Virus record (IMG/VR): IMGVR_UViG_3300038492_000241
Coordinates: 1 to 40,602 of that record
Source: a virus
Taxonomy: Duplodnaviria > Caudoviricetes
Reading direction: 5' to 3' (one strand)
DNA length: 40,602 bases
Below, piece by piece: positions 26,894-34,848 of the stretch (position 1 is its first letter; every line of letters starts with the position of its first letter). A model generated the notes under the pieces. It saw only the letters and a list, made by a program, of their open reading frames with translations. It did no database searches and was not told the origin of the DNA. The translations under genes were made by a program, and so were the position numbers.

Positions 26894-27091
26894 CTACTTA
26901 CCTCGCTTCTTTAACTGCTTCTTTAAGCTGACAATGGCGTTAATCGCTGTTAACACTAGCACTACCATTCCCATTATTGCGACTGCTGATAGCCACAAAT
27001 CTGACTCATAAAACGGTTTATCAACAACAGAAGGAGCAGCCGCCATTCCAGTTCCTATTAAACCAGTCATAGCGTTGCTCTTAGCTGTCAT
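26894..27091 (-). CDS. Small membrane protein (holin-like)
   Basis: GAGGA SD; hydrophobic helix WLSAVAIMGMVVLVLTAINAIV and basic C-terminal tail. Confidence 0.6.
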   Translation of the reverse strand: MTAKSNAMTGLIGTGMAAAPSVVDKPFYESDLWLSAVAIMGMVVLVLTAINAIVSLKKQLKKRGK

Positions 27092-27094
27092 TTG

Positions 27095-27232
27095 TTATTC
27101 CTCATACTCTGAAACATCTGATTCTTTCCACAACTTAACAAACTCTACAACTGCCTTAAATGTTAGATGCGCCATCAGTCCGACGGGTAGCAGCCAGGGC
27201 GCGAATTCTTTTACCGCCGCGATAAATTCCAT
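27095..27232 (-). CDS. Unannotated 45-aa hydrophobic protein
   Basis: MEFIAAVKEFAPWLLPVGLMAHLTFKAVVEFVKLWKESDVSEYEE; fills the gap and stops 3 nt before the next ATG; overlaps the upstream gene. Confidence 0.45.
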   Translation of the reverse strand: MEFIAAVKEFAPWLLPVGLMAHLTFKAVVEFVKLWKESDVSEYEE

Positions 27233-27557
27233 AGCACATAAACGCCAACAGTTCTAGATTGAATATTACAGTCTTGGCATTGTCGTACATTGCAAGACCA
27301 GCGTCGTTATATGTCACCCAGCTAACAGCACCGCACACATGATTAATGATCGAAGCTACTAGTAGTAGATGTATCCACTTAGTTAGATTCGGAACATGTG
27401 TTATATAAATCAGCCTAATTGTCAGCATATCTACAATTAAAAACGTCAGCATATTTGTATACAGATTAAACATGTCTAGCTCTATAAATGCTGAGCCCCA
27501 ATAAAAGCAGAGCTGCTCAACTGATAATAATATTATTGCTGTTAGTATTACATTCAT
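27156..27557 (-). CDS. Multi-pass (about 4 TM) membrane protein
   Basis: Four hydrophobic segments. Confidence 0.7.
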   Translation of the reverse strand: MNVILTAIILLSVEQLCFYWGSAFIELDMFNLYTNMLTFLIVDMLTIRLIYITHVPNLTKWIHLLLVASIINHVCGAVSWVTYNDAGLAMYDNAKTVIFNLELLAFMCYGIYRGGKRIRALAATRRTDGASNI

Positions 27558-27658
27558 GACATTTTCTTTTTAGGTTTCTTTCGTTTAGTTGATTTAAGCC
27601 CATTACCAGCTGCGGCAACCTTTACAGGCTTCTTAGATGATTTCATTCTTTTAGGCAT
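27554..27658 (-). CDS. Unannotated 34-aa Lys-rich peptide
   Basis: MPKRMKSSKKPVKVAAAGNGLKSTKRKKPKKKMS; AAGGGG SD; ATGA overlap with the 27557 start. Confidence 0.6.
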   Translation of the reverse strand: MPKRMKSSKKPVKVAAAGNGLKSTKRKKPKKKMS

Positions 27659-27696
27659 GACCAACCCCTTGTCATTTGGTTATTAAATTCAAGGGG

Positions 27697-27726
27697 ATTA
27701 TATCTATATTTGACCGATCGTTTCAA
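27697..27726 (-). promoter_or_regulatory. Candidate late promoter upstream of the packaging/head operon
   Basis: TTGAAA-18nt-TATAAT on the minus strand. Confidence 0.5.
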
Positions 27727-27837
27727 TACAGATCAAAAGTATCAACTATTAATACTCAGATACTGCAAGTATCAAATAGTGATACCTTTGAATCATGATC
27801 CACCAAAAGTGTCACAACATCTTACACTTCTCACCCC

Positions 27838-28148
27838 TCAAGTAACCCAGGCAGTCAAAATCAGCTTAGGCTTCTTCCCGAACGCCTTCTCAAAAACATT
27901 AGAAAGCTCCTTTATACAATCAGCATTAGGTATATCTATTTCCTCGTATGCCTCATATATAGTCTCAAACCCAATACCTATAACCTTTTTATCCTGAGTG
28001 TCGTAGTAATATGAATATGAAGAAAAACCACTCTCCTCTAGCGCCGTGTAAAAGCATTCGGATTTTTCCAACTCTTGTATAGCTTAGTATCCTCAACCTC
28101 TTCTAACGGCAAACCAACTACTAATGCAGCACCACAGTCAATTCCCAT
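27838..28148 (-). pseudogene. Frameshifted hypothetical gene (1-nt deletion near 28075) or sequencing error
   Basis: Strong GAGGAG SD and MGIDCGAALVVGLPLEEVEDTKLY in one frame; the body ELEKSECFY...KLILTAWVT in another. Confidence 0.6.
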
Positions 28149-28198
28149 AATATTTTCTCCTCAAACCTGTATCAAAATATTTCAATATAGATTATCAC

Positions 28199-28477
28199 CT
28201 AATCAGCCCATCTTATGATTGTTATCATGCCGCAGACATCAGATGAAAACCACGTCTTAACTTTAAGGTTGTAAGGTGGAAGCATTAGATCATTAAGAAC
28301 GCCAGTAAAAATTTCCTCATTAATTCCATCAAAATATTCTGGTTCTAGACGTATATAGCTCGCCCCAGTAAATGCTCTACTACGAATAAGCTCCTCTATT
28401 TCTCCTATTAAATAACTAACCCCTTCTTCAATAGTTATATTCTTAGCTCTAGAAGCCATTTCATCACAAAAACTCAT
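28199..28477 (-). CDS. Hypothetical protein
   Basis: AGGAGA SD; packed ORF. Confidence 0.7.
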   Translation of the reverse strand: MSFCDEMASRAKNITIEEGVSYLIGEIEELIRSRAFTGASYIRLEPEYFDGINEEIFTGVLNDLMLPPYNLKVKTWFSSDVCGMITIIRWAD

Positions 28478-28489
28478 AATTATCTCCTA

Positions 28490-28714
28490 TCAGCACCAAT
28501 GCTTACCCTTCAACCCTGCAGCGCTTATCATATGATCAGGCCGATAGGCGTAGTAGTAGTTATATTCTCTTGAAAACAAGTAGAACCCATCCTCCTCTTT
28601 TATCCATACTACCGAGTCATTCTCTGGCAGCTCATCATCAAAGCATTTAGATTTATTAATAATTTCGTAAAAATACCATTTAATAAATCTTTTCATTAAT
28701 CTTTTAATCATCAC
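28490..28714 (-). CDS. Small DUF551-like protein
   Basis: FDDELPENDSVV...W motif. Confidence 0.6.
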   Translation of the reverse strand: MMIKRLMKRFIKWYFYEIINKSKCFDDELPENDSVVWIKEEDGFYLFSREYNYYYAYRPDHMISAAGLKGKHWC

Positions 28715-28719
28715 GCATC

Positions 28720-28896
28720 CTAGGCATCAAAGACAGAGCATTCAATCATAACCATGATTCCACTCAAAACAAGGGTAAAAAGTGTCGCAAGCAATACAAA
28801 CTGAGCTGTAACATTCATTTCATATAGATTGATCAACCCAAACCATAGCGTATGAAAAACTACATTAAGGAATATGAAGGCAAATGTCTTTTTCAT
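28720..28896 (-). CDS. Small two-TM membrane protein
   Basis: Hydrophobic; start 28896 or 28908. Confidence 0.6.
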   Translation of the reverse strand: MKKTFAFIFLNVVFHTLWFGLINLYEMNVTAQFVLLATLFTLVLSGIMVMIECSVFDA

Positions 28897-28921
28897 TGAA
28901 ATCACCATATTTTTTATTAAA

Positions 28922-29155
28922 TTAATCATTATCCAAATCCCTAGGCTCAATCCTGACGCCTTTATATGTATAAGGCGGTGTGCATTTCTTAGCACTCAAC
29001 GTTTTCTCCATGTCCGCATAATCCCTTCTGTCTAGCGAGATACTCTCTGGATTTCTCCTATCATTTTTGGACATCCTGTAAGCCGCCATAAACCGATCCA
29101 AGACTTTTATTATCTTCATTTGCGATTTCCCTAGGTGCATTGTGTTTATTTCCAT
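28922..29155 (-). CDS. Hypothetical protein
   Basis: GAGGTG SD; packed ORF. Confidence 0.6.
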   Translation of the reverse strand: MEINTMHLGKSQMKIIKVLDRFMAAYRMSKNDRRNPESISLDRRDYADMEKTLSAKKCTPPYTYKGVRIEPRDLDND

Positions 29156-29331
29156 CACTTCCACCTCATCTCATCTAGGTTGTTTTTCGTGAACCATGAG
29201 CCTGGCTCCCAGGCATAATAATCAAATCCATTACTTGCATATCTGAATCTATAAAGCTCATCAAAACCCTCTAGCTTTACTAGATCATTATCATTCGGCA
29301 ACTGCTCTTTAAATGATTTATATTCGCTCAT
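29155..29331 (-). CDS. Unannotated 58-aa DUF551-like protein
   Basis: GAGGTG SD; MSEYKSFKEQLPNDNDLVKLEGFDELYRFRYASNGFDYYAWEPGSWFTKNNLDEMRWK. Confidence 0.7.
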   Translation of the reverse strand: MSEYKSFKEQLPNDNDLVKLEGFDELYRFRYASNGFDYYAWEPGSWFTKNNLDEMRWK

Positions 29332-29340
29332 GTAGCCACC

Positions 29341-29700
29341 TCACAATTTTTTAAGCTTATCCCACTCTTCTTCCGTAACTTCGTTTAAGCGCTTTGATAA
29401 TATTTTTTGTTTTTGAAGACAAGTATCTATTGCCGGCTTATTCATAGGAATGTCTTTATGTTTATTAAACGCCTCCTCCAGATTATTTATTTTTCTTAAT
29501 GCCTTGTGACTAAGGCTGAAATATTGCGACCCAAACTGTACATCGACCGGAAAATCACAAGGTTGGCCATATACGTAATATATAACGACTTCTTTATCAC
29601 ATAAATAATTATCGCTAGCAGACCAAAAACTCTCATCTTGAACCTCCTCTAAACTCTTAACCCTAACCGTCATCCCGACTTTACAGTTTTTTAGTTTCAT
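29341..29700 (-). CDS. Hypothetical protein (SH3/KOW-like N-terminus)
   Basis: KVGMTVRVK motif. Confidence 0.65.
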   Translation of the reverse strand: MKLKNCKVGMTVRVKSLEEVQDESFWSASDNYLCDKEVVIYYVYGQPCDFPVDVQFGSQYFSLSHKALRKINNLEEAFNKHKDIPMNKPAIDTCLQKQKILSKRLNEVTEEEWDKLKKL

Positions 29701-29714
29701 GATTTAATCATCCA

Positions 29715-29813
29715 TTATTTTTTTAACAAAAAATAAACTTTATAAAAAAAATCACTAACAAAATAGCCAGCCGAAACAGATACTAAAAATATTGTCAACT
29801 CTGAATATTCCAT
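29715..29813 (-). CDS. Unannotated 32-aa membrane peptide
   Basis: AAGGGGG SD; MEYSELTIFLVSVSAGYFVSDFFYKVYFLLKK. Confidence 0.5.
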   Translation of the reverse strand: MEYSELTIFLVSVSAGYFVSDFFYKVYFLLKK

Positions 29814-29857
29814 ATCGCCCCCTTGTTTTGTTTGTAGTTGCCGCCCTGTTGAAATTA

Positions 29858-29886
29858 ATTATGCGTCATGATGGTAGTATTCTCAA
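29858..29886 (-). promoter_or_regulatory. Sigma70-type promoter with CCATCATGACG in the spacer
   Basis: TTGAGA-atactaCCATCATGACG-CATAAT (17-nt spacer). Confidence 0.75.
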
Positions 29887-29893
29887 GTGAAAG

Positions 29894-31297
29894 TTAAAAG
29901 AAATTCCTGCTCTTTTTTTCATTACTCTTGCGTTGCGACTCCTCGTTATCCTTAACAGCCTGTATTGCATCAAATGATAGGCTTGTAAACCTAGAGTGCT
30001 GACCCTGAAATGCCAGATGAGCAGTACCAGCCTTACCCTTCCTGTTTAGTGCTGTAATGGCTTCACCAATCCCTTTATTAGCTGTATCTTCGTTATAAAC
30101 CTCATCTCTGTATACAAACACAACCATGTCAGCATCTTCTTCGATCGATCCAGACGCCCTTAGATCAGAAGGTGTAGGCCGTTTGTTAGGGCGTTTCTCA
30201 CACTCTCTGTTTAGCTGAGACAGCATTATGCCAGGGCAACCTAGCTCACCCATTAGCGCCTTAAATTCTCTGGTTATTTCGCCAATAGAGGAGTGCTCAC
30301 TCTTCCTATCAATCTTCATTAGCTGCAAGTAATCAACAACAACTAGATCAAGCGCGCCATGCTTCAGCTTATGTCTACGGCAAATACTTTTTAGTTGGTT
30401 AATATGCAAACCAGGCTTGTTAACAATATGTAAATTATTCTCATTTTGTTTCATTATGCTTGAAGCAGCCACTACTTTAGGCCAATCATCTTCTTGCAGT
30501 TTTCCCGAAATTAAACGAGACAGGTCAATAGATCCAAGGCTTGCAACCATTCTTTCCATTAACTCTACCTTGGACATTTCTAGACTTGCTACCAATACAT
30601 TCTTGTTTTGCTTGAATGCTGCAGACTCTGCAATGTTCATTGCAAGCGTTGTCTTACCCATTTTCGGCCTGCCTGCAATTACATTCATACTGCCTGGCCT
30701 CAGCCCTTGCCATAGGTCATCAAGGTCAGCAAACCCAGAACTCAATCCTTGTATCTCACCGTCACTGTTAAAACGCCTCTCCAGCTCATCAACAAACTGG
30801 TTCAGCACATCAATAACATTCTCTGATTCATCATCAGTTTCAATGTTGCCAATGTTGCATACTGACTTCTGAGACTCATCTATTAGGTCGTTTATGTTTT
30901 TGTCAGAACTAGATAATACATTCTGCCTAATGTTGTTAGAGGCAAGCACAAGCTCACGTCTAAGCCACTTATCTCTAACTATCTCAGCGTAATTGGTAGC
31001 ACCTGCTGAGCCTGGTACGTTTTGTACAATCTCTGTCAAATATGGTAATAAATTTTCATTATGTTTTGTCTTATATTCGTCAGATATAATCACAGGATCT
31101 ATGTAGCTGTTGTCGTTAATCAGCCTAATGATTATCTCTGCTAACCCTGCATTCTGTCCGTAATAGAACATGCTTGCAGTCAGCCAGCTAAACATGCTGT
31201 AACAGCCAGGATCTATTAGCATTGCGCCAATCACAGAGTGCTCAGCGTTAATGCTAGAAAAGTTCTCAAGGTAGTTAGCGTCATCGAAATATTCCAT
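29894..31297 (-). CDS. dnaB: Replicative DNA helicase
   Basis: AEHSVIG, AGRPKMGKT, SLEMS, VVDYLQL, LSQLNR, SDLRASGSIEEDAD. Confidence 0.96.
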   Translation of the reverse strand: MEYFDDANYLENFSSINAEHSVIGAMLIDPGCYSMFSWLTASMFYYGQNAGLAEIIIRLINDNSYIDPVIISDEYKTKHNENLLPYLTEIVQNVPGSAGATNYAEIVRDKWLRRELVLASNNIRQNVLSSSDKNINDLIDESQKSVCNIGNIETDDESENVIDVLNQFVDELERRFNSDGEIQGLSSGFADLDDLWQGLRPGSMNVIAGRPKMGKTTLAMNIAESAAFKQNKNVLVASLEMSKVELMERMVASLGSIDLSRLISGKLQEDDWPKVVAASSIMKQNENNLHIVNKPGLHINQLKSICRRHKLKHGALDLVVVDYLQLMKIDRKSEHSSIGEITREFKALMGELGCPGIMLSQLNRECEKRPNKRPTPSDLRASGSIEEDADMVVFVYRDEVYNEDTANKGIGEAITALNRKGKAGTAHLAFQGQHSRFTSLSFDAIQAVKDNEESQRKSNEKKSRNFF

Positions 31298-31402
31298 ATA
31301 GCCCCTCAGATTCGTTTTAAGCTGCTTTTTATATGTACCTGGTAGGTATGCCTAGGTTTAGGTGTGAATCGCTCTCAGATAAGCTCTCAGTTAGATCTAA
31401 GG

Positions 31403-32419
31403 CTAACTTTTATTGCTATGGTACTCCCCGTTTATTATTTTAAAGAAGTTATCAGGTTTGGTTAGCCATGAAATTGATAAGGTAAACGGATTTGCAGTTC
31501 TACCCATCAACCAGTCTGATTTAGATATATGATCTAGCAGCCTATTCCACGTATCTAGTTTATCGAACTCCCTGTCAGGGTATCCGTCAATGATAGATTT
31601 AATATTTGCCGTGATACCTGGCGGCATCCCTTCCCATCTAGAGTTAATTCCATTCTCCTCAAAAAACAGGTTAAACCCTCTACTCAGTGATGATAAAAAT
31701 TCGTCAGTTAATCCATGACCGGCTTGGCCACTACTCACTGAATTAGCCATCCACTCAGCCTTAAACCCTTTCCACGATCTAATCTCAGCCTCTGCTAAGC
31801 ATTGATCAACTGAAAACCCAAGCCCAACAGCTTTAGTCAACTCCTTCCCAATAGCCTTGAATGACCTCTCTGAGATCGTTGCCTTGACTTTGCGCCTCAT
31901 AGCTATCCAGTCATCAAACAGTTCGTGATCAGGCTCTGATGGCCAATTCCATTGCTCAAAGTTGGCAGGGCTAGAATCAAATCTTTTACGTTTCTTATCA
32001 ACTGATTTTTTGATCGGTTTTAAACTCTGCTCTGTCTCTCTCTCTGTCTCTCCTCTCCTCTCCTCTAGACAAGCATCTTGCTCGCACTTTGATAGCGCCT
32101 TGCTAGCATCTTGCTCCATTAACTGGAGACCGTTGTCATTACTGGTGTCAATGTAAATGAAACCTTTGTCTAGCAGCTCATTTAGATCGACATCACTATC
32201 AACACCAATCCTTGATTTTATCCACTTACAATCATAAGGAAGTGAGTTGTTGTTGCGACTTGCTAACAACCAAATCAAAACCAGGTGCAACTTGCTAGCA
32301 TCTTGCAAGCATGAGAACTCATAGTCATCTAAAAGACTGTTGTAGAGCTTTATCCAGGGTGGCATTCTGTCCCTGTAATGCTGCTTTTGCTCCCAATTAG
32401 CAATACCGAACGTCTTCAT
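31403..32419 (-). CDS. Phage replication initiator protein
   Basis: NW...QHYRDR.PPWIKL N-terminal domain, W...R...KA, C-terminal WL.KPDNF.KI.NG.Y; directly upstream of dnaB. Confidence 0.8.
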   Translation of the reverse strand: MKTFGIANWEQKQHYRDRMPPWIKLYNSLLDDYEFSCLQDASKLHLVLIWLLASRNNNSLPYDCKWIKSRIGVDSDVDLNELLDKGFIYIDTSNDNGLQLMEQDASKALSKCEQDACLEERRGETERETEQSLKPIKKSVDKKRKRFDSSPANFEQWNWPSEPDHELFDDWIAMRRKVKATISERSFKAIGKELTKAVGLGFSVDQCLAEAEIRSWKGFKAEWMANSVSSGQAGHGLTDEFLSSLSRGFNLFFEENGINSRWEGMPPGITANIKSIIDGYPDREFDKLDTWNRLLDHISKSDWLMGRTANPFTLSISWLTKPDNFFKIINGEYHSNKS

Positions 32420-32446
32420 TGATCAGCTCCATAGATTTTTTTTATA

Positions 32447-32680
32447 TTATTTGCCTTGTTTGTTATTGATGAAGTCATCAAAAGAGTATTTGCCGAACCC
32501 TGATTTCTTACATTCATGCTCGTCAATAATTTTCTGGTTCTGCATATATTTCCATTTCATGTATTCATCTAGCACCGCATTTAGATGACCAGTAAAACTT
32601 CTTTTGTGGTAATCAGCCTCTTCCATTAACACAGATAAGATGTTTTCATCTAGATAAACGTTTTTTCTTACTTTGCTCAT
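32447..32680 (-). CDS. Ribbon-helix-helix (Arc-like) regulator (start probably 32680)
   Basis: MSKVRKNVYLDENILSVLMEEADYHKRSFTGHLNAVLDEY; AGGTGA SD. Confidence 0.7.
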   Translation of the reverse strand: MSKVRKNVYLDENILSVLMEEADYHKRSFTGHLNAVLDEYMKWKYMQNQKIIDEHECKKSGFGKYSFDDFINNKQGK

Positions 32681-32716
32681 AATATCACCTGCTAATCTCT
32701 CTTTATTGGTAGTGTT

Positions 32717-32745
32717 AGTGTATGGCACCATTTAGTGCTAGTCAA
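32717..32745 (-). promoter_or_regulatory. Sigma70-type promoter of the RHH-initiator-dnaB operon
   Basis: TTGACT-17nt-TACACT on the minus strand. Confidence 0.7.
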
Positions 32746-32824
32746 CACCAATAAATGATTACGGCTGATAAAATCTAGCAAATAAAATAAATTATGGATT
32801 GGTTGTAGACTTGTTGATATTGAG

Positions 32825-32847
32825 AAAAACCCTCAATGCGTGAGGGT
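32825..32847 (-). terminator. Intrinsic terminator
   Basis: ACCCTCA-cgcat-TGAGGGT-TTTT. Confidence 0.75.
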
Positions 32848-32866
32848 AGGAAGGGCTTAATTCTTA

Positions 32867-33130
32867 TTATATTTTCCAAACTGTCTTATCATCAATCTCG
32901 TTGTAACTATCTAGTTCCTTCATTCCTTTTTCGGTTATGTTAAACACGACCGATCTACGACCTATAAGCTGCTTGCTAACCTTCGGCTTAACCAGCTTGT
33001 TGTTAATCACATAGCAAATAGCCTCCCTTCTATCCTCTGCTGAATGATTTTTAATCCTGGTCGTTATCTCTGAGCGTTTTCTTGGCTTATTTCTTACAAA
33101 CTCCAAAATTACATTAACTGTTTTTTTCAT
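32867..33130 (-). CDS. Winged-helix DNA-binding protein (start probably 33130)
   Basis: ILEFV...RSEI...LV...GRRSVVFNITEKG.KEL; GAGGAG SD. Confidence 0.65.
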   Translation of the reverse strand: MKKTVNVILEFVRNKPRKRSEITTRIKNHSAEDRREAICYVINNKLVKPKVSKQLIGRRSVVFNITEKGMKELDSYNEIDDKTVWKI

Positions 33131-33311
33131 TTTTATACTCCTCAAGTTCTTTTTTTGATTTAAAATTCCACTGCTTATCATTGCAGTTCTCGCAATAAAA
33201 CCCTAACCATTCAACACTATCGCCTTCTCTTAGTTGTACCCCTTTAGTCCACTCATCAATCCTAAACTCTTTGTTACAGCTAAAACATTTGTCATAATCT
33301 ATATCGTTCAT
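33114..33311 (-). CDS. Small Zn-binding protein
   Basis: CFSC...YCENC; AAGGAGA SD. Confidence 0.65.
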   Translation of the reverse strand: MNDIDYDKCFSCNKEFRIDEWTKGVQLREGDSVEWLGFYCENCNDKQWNFKSKKELEEYKNEKNS

Positions 33312-33371
33312 AACTAATCTCCTTTTTTAGAATCATACCAGAACAAAAGTAGAATATAAATAATTCAGAGC

Positions 33372-33399
33372 AAAAAAAAGCCCGATGTGAGGCTCGGGC
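33372..33399 (-). terminator. Intrinsic terminator of the putative sRNA
   Basis: GCCCGA-gcctcaca-TCGGGC followed by T8. Confidence 0.88.
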
Positions 33400-33427
33400 A
33401 ATCAGGAGGCTAGGAGGGAAAACTTGT
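33372..33427 (-). ncRNA. Putative ~55-nt sRNA with two CCUCCU motifs
   Basis: Lies between a consensus promoter and a strong terminator; no ATG or SD inside. Confidence 0.65.
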
Positions 33428-33432
33428 ATTTG

Positions 33433-33461
33433 ATAATACAGCTCAATATATAAACTGTCAA
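33433..33461 (-). promoter_or_regulatory. Near-consensus sigma70 promoter
   Basis: TTGACA-17nt-TATTAT, with TG adjacent to the -10. Confidence 0.8.
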
Positions 33462-33463
33462 CA

Positions 33464-33823
33464 CTATATCTTCTCGTTATATTCCAGCTCTGCTAATAAT
33501 TCAACATAATGAGCTATCTTCCTTAAGTCTTCTATACCATTCTTTAGCCTGTGCCTGGTTATATATTTAACTATATTACCCTCTATAAATCCTAATCCAT
33601 TAGCATGGATATATTGAACTGGCTGTATTTTTTGTATTTTGTAATGGTCACCCCCTTGCTGGTCTTGCAATGGATTTTCACTTTTTGCTATTGTTGTTGG
33701 GCGTGATTCATTATTATTCGGGTTGGGTGCATAACGAAGGGCATCTCCGGCAGATAGGCCGCAACCAACACCTAATCTTCCCTCTGCATGACCTTTTAAA
33801 AAATCATCGCAAACCATAATCAA
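33464..33823 (-). CDS. DUF3310 protein (T7 gp1.7 nucleotide-kinase-like)
   Basis: Q.GGDHY....IQP........F.EGN.VKY..R...KNG.EDLRK..HY. Confidence 0.88.
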   Translation of the reverse strand: MIMVCDDFLKGHAEGRLGVGCGLSAGDALRYAPNPNNNESRPTTIAKSENPLQDQQGGDHYKIQKIQPVQYIHANGLGFIEGNIVKYITRHRLKNGIEDLRKIAHYVELLAELEYNEKI

Positions 33824-33828
33824 ACCTC

Positions 33829-34224
33829 CTACGATTTAAAATCATCTTCAGTTAATGTGTGGGTTATTTCTTTCACATTCACCACTTCGAACAAACTACA
33901 CTTAATACCTTTTTTATCAAAATAATCATCAATAACTTCCTCTAAAAGAGTTTGAAGCTCGGAATCATAGCCGCCGATTAAGTCCGAGTAATCTTGAGCA
34001 CAATCCTCTGGAAAGTTATCCCAAGCATCAAGCTGCATGCCTTCAATTATCTCTGGCAAAAAATCTGAGTGCTTTTTATATTTGGCTTCTGCTGAGAAAT
34101 AATAAATCTCATCTCCTGGCTTTAGCTCATCAGGCTCTGAATCAGTTATGATATCACTTATCAATTTTTGCTCTGAGTAGAACCAATCACAATCAATTTC
34201 AGGGTTTGAATAATAAATTTTCAT
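33829..34224 (-). CDS. Acidic hypothetical protein (start probably 34224)
   Basis: GGAG SD; packed ORF. Confidence 0.7.
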   Translation of the reverse strand: MKIYYSNPEIDCDWFYSEQKLISDIITDSEPDELKPGDEIYYFSAEAKYKKHSDFLPEIIEGMQLDAWDNFPEDCAQDYSDLIGGYDSELQTLLEEVIDDYFDKKGIKCSLFEVVNVKEITHTLTEDDFKS

Positions 34225-34225
34225 T

Positions 34226-34654
34226 TCAATCTCCACTATCGTGATATTTCTCAATCATCCATTTAGGTGGTTGTTGGAATTTCATAGGTCTAACAGCTAC
34301 TATGCCGAACGGTTTTAGTATCAGGTAGTCCACGATGCTCCCATACTCCTCTATGAAATCCTTATCATGCACATGCGCCCACGTTTTGCCTGTAGGATGG
34401 TAGAACAGCCAGTAGTCCGCATCCTCCTCACCAGTCACCTCTTCTGGAAATAACCAGTCGTCTTGATGGTAACGCCATTCCTCATGGCTCTCTCTTAACT
34501 CTTCTTCCGAGATAAACCCTTCAGGAGTATAAAGACCTTCCTGATTTAAATAATAGCTGGGGCCGTCCTCAACTGAATCAATCCAATCTTTTAGCTCTAA
34601 AATTTCCTCTTCGACAGGAAGTTTGTCTTTAAATTTAATAAAAGGATTTTTCAT
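34226..34654 (-). CDS. DUF551-like protein (probably two modules)
   Basis: NPFIKFKDKLP...WR...RPMKFQQPP. Confidence 0.65.
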   Translation of the reverse strand: MKNPFIKFKDKLPVEEEILELKDWIDSVEDGPSYYLNQEGLYTPEGFISEEELRESHEEWRYHQDDWLFPEEVTGEEDADYWLFYHPTGKTWAHVHDKDFIEEYGSIVDYLILKPFGIVAVRPMKFQQPPKWMIEKYHDSGD

Positions 34655-34848
34655 TCAACCATTCTCCATTTATAACTAAGAATTCCATTTCGATTTAAAA
34701 TGGCTCTCTCAGAGTATTGGCAAAAAACACAGTCATCTTTTAATCTGTAATAACCCTCGCTTTCCCCTAGAGAATCCGTGAAATTAATTTCAACAAACTG
34801 ATTATCCTTAGGTAATTCATCCGAAAAATTGCGCCATGGGTTATTCAT
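34651..34848 (-). CDS. DUF551-like protein (start probably 34848)
   Basis: MNNPWRNFSDELPKDNQFV...KWR. Confidence 0.68.
   Translation of the reverse strand: MNNPWRNFSDELPKDNQFVEINFTDSLGESEGYYRLKDDCVFCQYSERAILNRNGILSYKWRMVE

Noticed and set aside
27710-27997. Plus-strand 95-aa ORF, and similarly 35194-35499 and 30417-30872
   Set aside because: They oppose better-supported minus-strand genes or regulatory DNA; TTG or weak starts
32825-32866. CU-rich tract before a terminator as a second sRNA
   Set aside because: No dedicated promoter; adequately explained as the 3' UTR of the winged-helix gene
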